Shown: piece after piece, positions 60,118 to 64,000 of the stretch | Layout: every line of letters begins with the position of its first letter | Numbering within the stretch: the first letter of the stretch is position 1 | DNA from: the human T2T-CHM13v2.0 reference genome, Homo sapiens | DNA length: 64,000 nucleotides | NCBI RefSeq assembly: GCF_009914755.1 | Contig: NC_060947.1 | Direction: 5' to 3' (one strand) | The notes under the pieces: generated by a model | The model's database searches: none | Seen by the model: only the letters and a program-made list of their open reading frames with translations | What the model was told of the DNA's origin: nothing | Made by a program: the position numbers and the translations under genes

Positions 60118-63100
60118 AGAAAACTACATATGGTGGTTTTAAGAGTGACTTAATAATTTATAACAAACAAATGTAAATGACTAACTCTAGATGTTTAGAA
60201 TTCATATGAAAGAAAAGAATAAGCAGCAGTAATCTGGATTTATTTTCATGTATCAACTGCGTTTCAGAGAAATGCAAGTAACTTCCAAAATGTATTTCTT
60301 GACAGCTTAGAGCATTACAAATTCAATTTATTTAGAGGAAAAAGTTATAGAAAAGGTTTCGGTGAAGGATTTTAATTTTAAATAGAAAATAGGAATTCTC
60401 AATAACGAAATGCCTATGGTGGATTTAGAGGCAGTTCCCTATACATAACTTATTTGCTTACCAGGTGTGTGTCTCTTTTCTCTTCCCAACCCCTGTTGCT
60501 CCTATCCTGGCCTCTTATTTTTCTATACTTCACTCTTCTTGAGTCCATATATAAGACATGGAAACCATTGTCTGAGTCCTAGAACCGGGGAGAAGATGAG
60601 TGCATCCTCCTACTGTAGTTGTTGTTGATGCATTTGGAAATGGAACTCAGATTTACTTTCCCATATATAACCATAGGTTAATAACTAGCATCTATGTACT
60701 ATCCGGCTATTTGTGCCTTAAGACAGAAATCCAGGAAGTATAAAAATAACATACGGGCACTCAGATTTTTTTTCTGATATGGTAAAAAATGGCACTCATG
60801 GTTTTTCAAAAACAAAGGTTGAAAAACGATATGCTCCATGAAGATCCAGATTACTTGCACTCCAAGGATAAACTGAGAGATGTCCAGAGAGGTTCAACAT
60901 GTGCCTCAGTCCCAAGTTTACATGAGTCTTCTCTACCACAGACAACTGAAGATTAAACAAACTTGAATGTTATAAGATTTTATTTGTGTGAGGACAGCTT
61001 TTAATCTTTACCCGTAATCTTTGCAGAGACAATGCCACAGTTATTAGATTGGTTATTGTTGCAAGCTATGTAACATGGATAGCAGAAAATGTGTTATGTT
61101 ACAGATCCAGAACATATTTGGCTTCTATTTAAAGACAAGCATGATGTGAGGATGTTAATTGAAATTTTTAAAAGGACAAAATATCCTTTTATGTTACACA
61201 TTCTTATTTCCCTACACATTCTGCTAAAGATCAGGCAAGACATCAAGTTCTGAAAATTCATCAATTCCAATTAAATTTGCATTAGCAACATCCACATTTA
61301 TCAAAGTGAATTCCTCTAAACTACAGCTATCATCTTCTACTCTACTGCCTCTCATAAAATTAAGCTGAATATCAGTATGCAGCTGATATACTCTGTCTAC
61401 TGTCAAAAGTGCGTTTCAGTGAAAACCTTAAAAACTAAGAGAAATAGACAAACACAATTCCATTTTGTTGGTCCAGACATGTCCATCTCTGTATAAACCT
61501 CTATTCTCAGAATCAACTGGGCTCCAAAATATGGGATATAATTCAAGGCTACTGTAACTAATTAATCCACATGCAAAGTTTAGGGGCTTCCAATTCTAAG
61601 TTGGTTCTTGTCATATTGGTGAAAATAATTGCTATATTGCTATTGTTTTTTTCTCATTGAGAACTCTATTGATAGGCCAATATAAAATCAAATCTTCTTA
61701 TGCATGAGGAAGGATAATAACACATGTTATCATGCCAGAGAAGACCACAGCACATGAATTTCCTGAGTTCAAAGCCATTTTATGTTCCCAGGAATGGTTC
61801 TTGCCAAAAAGAAATTCTGATGGTAGTTCCTCCATGGAAGTAGTTTGTTAAGTATTTGTGATTTTTAGCAGCTTCTCTAATTTAAGTGGCTTTTTCCACC
61901 AGTATCTCTGGTGGGTCACAATTTCTAAGGCATGGGAAGGTCCTAGCATAGAGGATTCTCATATGCTACTCTTGAAAGTAGCTCTATTGGCTCCTCTATG
62001 AATTGTGGATATTCCCTTGCTTTCTAGAATAGTTCCATACTCCTGGGTAGCTGAGTCATCTGATACCGGTACTACTTCTGGGGAACTGCTCTTTGTAGAA
62101 CATTCACTGAGATAGCCCATGTCGTCACCAAGCTGGGCTAGCCTTATAAGGGATACTTCAAAATCCCCTACTGTTTCAGAGGGAGATCTTGGATGACATC
62201 ATACAAAATTACCACAACACTTATTGTGATCCTCTTCCTCTCTTTCCTTGCTTTGTGATGTGGCACAAGTCCACTATCTCAATCTTGGGATGGAAAGAAG
62301 ACTTTGTATTTCAAAACTTGAACTCCCCAGTGGTTACAATTATGTTCCTTCACTCACCAGGGTAAAAATACAAACTTGGATAACTGGAAAACATGGCTTC
62401 CTAATTCCCTAAGTGAGCCAGATCCATCGGGTCCTTTATTTAGGCACCAGTGTCCTATAGTCATCAAGGTGGAGAGGTAACTAAAGTGATCCTGAGGTAT
62501 ATTGACAACTTTTGAAAACAGACTGAGCTGCACGTTACCTTTCAGATTTGATTGTGAAAACTCGAAAGGCTGTGGCATTTTTTAACCTTCAATTTTTGTG
62601 TAAATCTTTGCAATCCCATACTTAATATGACCATAGAATGTTAATCTGGTTGCTAAAACAATAGGTAAATAGGTAGGGGAATTTATCATCCAAGAGAGAA
62701 TAGAAGATTATGTGTATAGAGTCTAGTACATAAGGCACTGTGTATTGATAAATAATTTTTAATAATAAGTAAATTCTGGAGCTGATCATGTGTAAGACCA
62801 AAAACCATCATACCACTTGAGTTGCTTTATCACTCTGCCCTTTCAGGCATGTCCCTATCACCCTTAATGCTGTCAGTTATCATATGAGGCAGGGTAGGTA
62901 TTGGGAATAGGGTTGAAGTTTAGACTTAGTTGTCAGGATCTGTGGTATGAAGTTTTCATATTCTTCAGCGCACTCAAACCAAAGCTACAGAATTTAGGCA
63001 GCTTATTATCCAAGGGACTCTATGTCCCAATTTGGGAATAAATTAAGGAGTCAAATTATTTACATCTGCAAATAATAAAAATGTTTCTTCTTTGGGGCAA

Positions 63101-63130
63101 AGAGAGAGAGAGCGAGAGAAAGAGAGAGCG
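63101..63130. repeat. (GA)n microsatellite, imperfect
   Basis: gagagagagagcgagagaaagagagagcg. Confidence 0.85.
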
Positions 63131-63204
63131 CACATGCTCTATATAATTGAGTTTCAAATCAACTCTAAAATTAAAAGCAAAAGGTAATGGGAATCTCACT
63201 ATAT

Positions 63205-63290
63205 ATTGAAAGACATACTGTGTTTATGGATAGAAAGATTCAATATTGTTTAGATCTCAATTACCCCAAAATTGATCTATAGATCTATTT
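63205..63290 (+). mobile_element. L1M ORF2 fragment
   Basis: agacatactgtgtttatggatagaaagattcaatattgtttagat...ccccaaaattgatctatagat. Confidence 0.75.
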
Positions 63291-63481
63291 TTAAAAAGTA
63301 GTGAAGCAGGCAGAGAAATTTACACTCCAGACAAGACTTCATATTCCAGGCAATAATGTTCCAAAACTCTTGGTTTACTTTGATGTATATAATCAAGGTG
63401 ATTCAGTAGGGCAATATGCTCTTACATTCATACTTTACCAACAGGCTTCCTAGAATTTTTATTTAAAATTTAAGATCCTCA

Positions 63482-63700
63482 TGTAGTAAATTACATCATT
63501 GGTTCCAATGCTTCACCCTTCCTGGTATGCAAACCCTTTGCCATGTGACTTTGCATTTCCTCCCCGATAAGTGCATGAGTCAGCAGAGCGGAGCCCAAGC
63601 CAACCACAAATCCCCGAGAATAAATGATTGTTGTTTTAAGCAACCGAATTTTGGAGTGGTATGTTATGCAACATCATTGTGACAAAAGCTAACTTACTGA
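63482..63700 (+). mobile_element. MaLR LTR (MLT1G/H-like), internally deleted
   Basis: ttcacccttcctggtatgcaaaccctttgccatgtgactttgca joined to aataaatgattgttgttttaagc...ttttggagtggtatgttatgca. Confidence 0.7.
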
Positions 63701-64000
63701 TATATCCCCATGAAGAACATTTAGACAGCATTGCTCCTGCTTATATTAAAATTGTGCTTGAACATGTGTGCCTAACATTGTGACATATGACATGTTACAT
63801 GAAATAAAAGACAAATTCCTGTCCTTGATGAGCTCTCAATCTAAAAGTGTCTTTCCTAATCTAACAAATGCTGTTATTGAGGAGGCAGATTTTCTCTGCT
63901 ATGTCATTGTGCTGGTTCATGAATACTGCTGTCTGGTTGTTTTAAATATTTCAGTTAGTTATCCACTTTACTGTGCTTCTGCCCCGAGGCTTAAAGCTAA

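Noticed and set aside
61224-61406. 60-aa acidic, protein-looking ORF on minus
   Set aside because: TTG start, in-frame stop just upstream, no recognisable homology and no convincing splice-site pair
61724-62338. Possible ancient TG...CA LTR
   Set aside because: I could not match it to any consensus I know and saw no TSD
62354-62578. Possible minus-strand coding exon ending at a consensus donor
   Set aside because: The candidate acceptor (aatatacctcag) has a poor pyrimidine tract and the peptide is unrecognisable; not called as a feature

Overview
AT-rich, CpG-depleted primate DNA (catarrhine, most likely human, judged from AluY, L1PA3-like, THE1 and Tigger2b_Pri elements). It looks intronic or intergenic. 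I found no supportable host exon, CpG island, tRNA or rRNA gene. The longest ORFs are LINE-1 ORF2 remnants; the short ORFs are Alu-derived or chance. Much of the window is interspersed repeat: about 10 Alus, many L1 fragments including a dead ~4.8 kb L1PA copy, L2/MIR/L3, MaLR and ERVL solo LTRs, and Tigger, MER and MADE1 DNA transposons. Subfamily names come from my memory of consensus sequences and need RepeatMasker/Dfam confirmation. I do not see a previously undescribed biological system. The most notable signals are molecular fossils. (1) A TSD-bounded composite L1 insertion with two L1 3' ends around ~330 bp of foreign sequence, from 3' transduction or template switching (33404-34520). 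(2) Two independent tailless U2 snRNA 5'-fragment retrocopies 6 kb apart. (3) A ~50-bp internal L1 fragment patched, antisense to its host, into an older L1 without tail or TSD. (4) Several locally templated direct/inverted insertion scars resembling polymerase-theta end joining. (5) A strong CTCF-like motif in a repeat-free block at ~11.65 kb.
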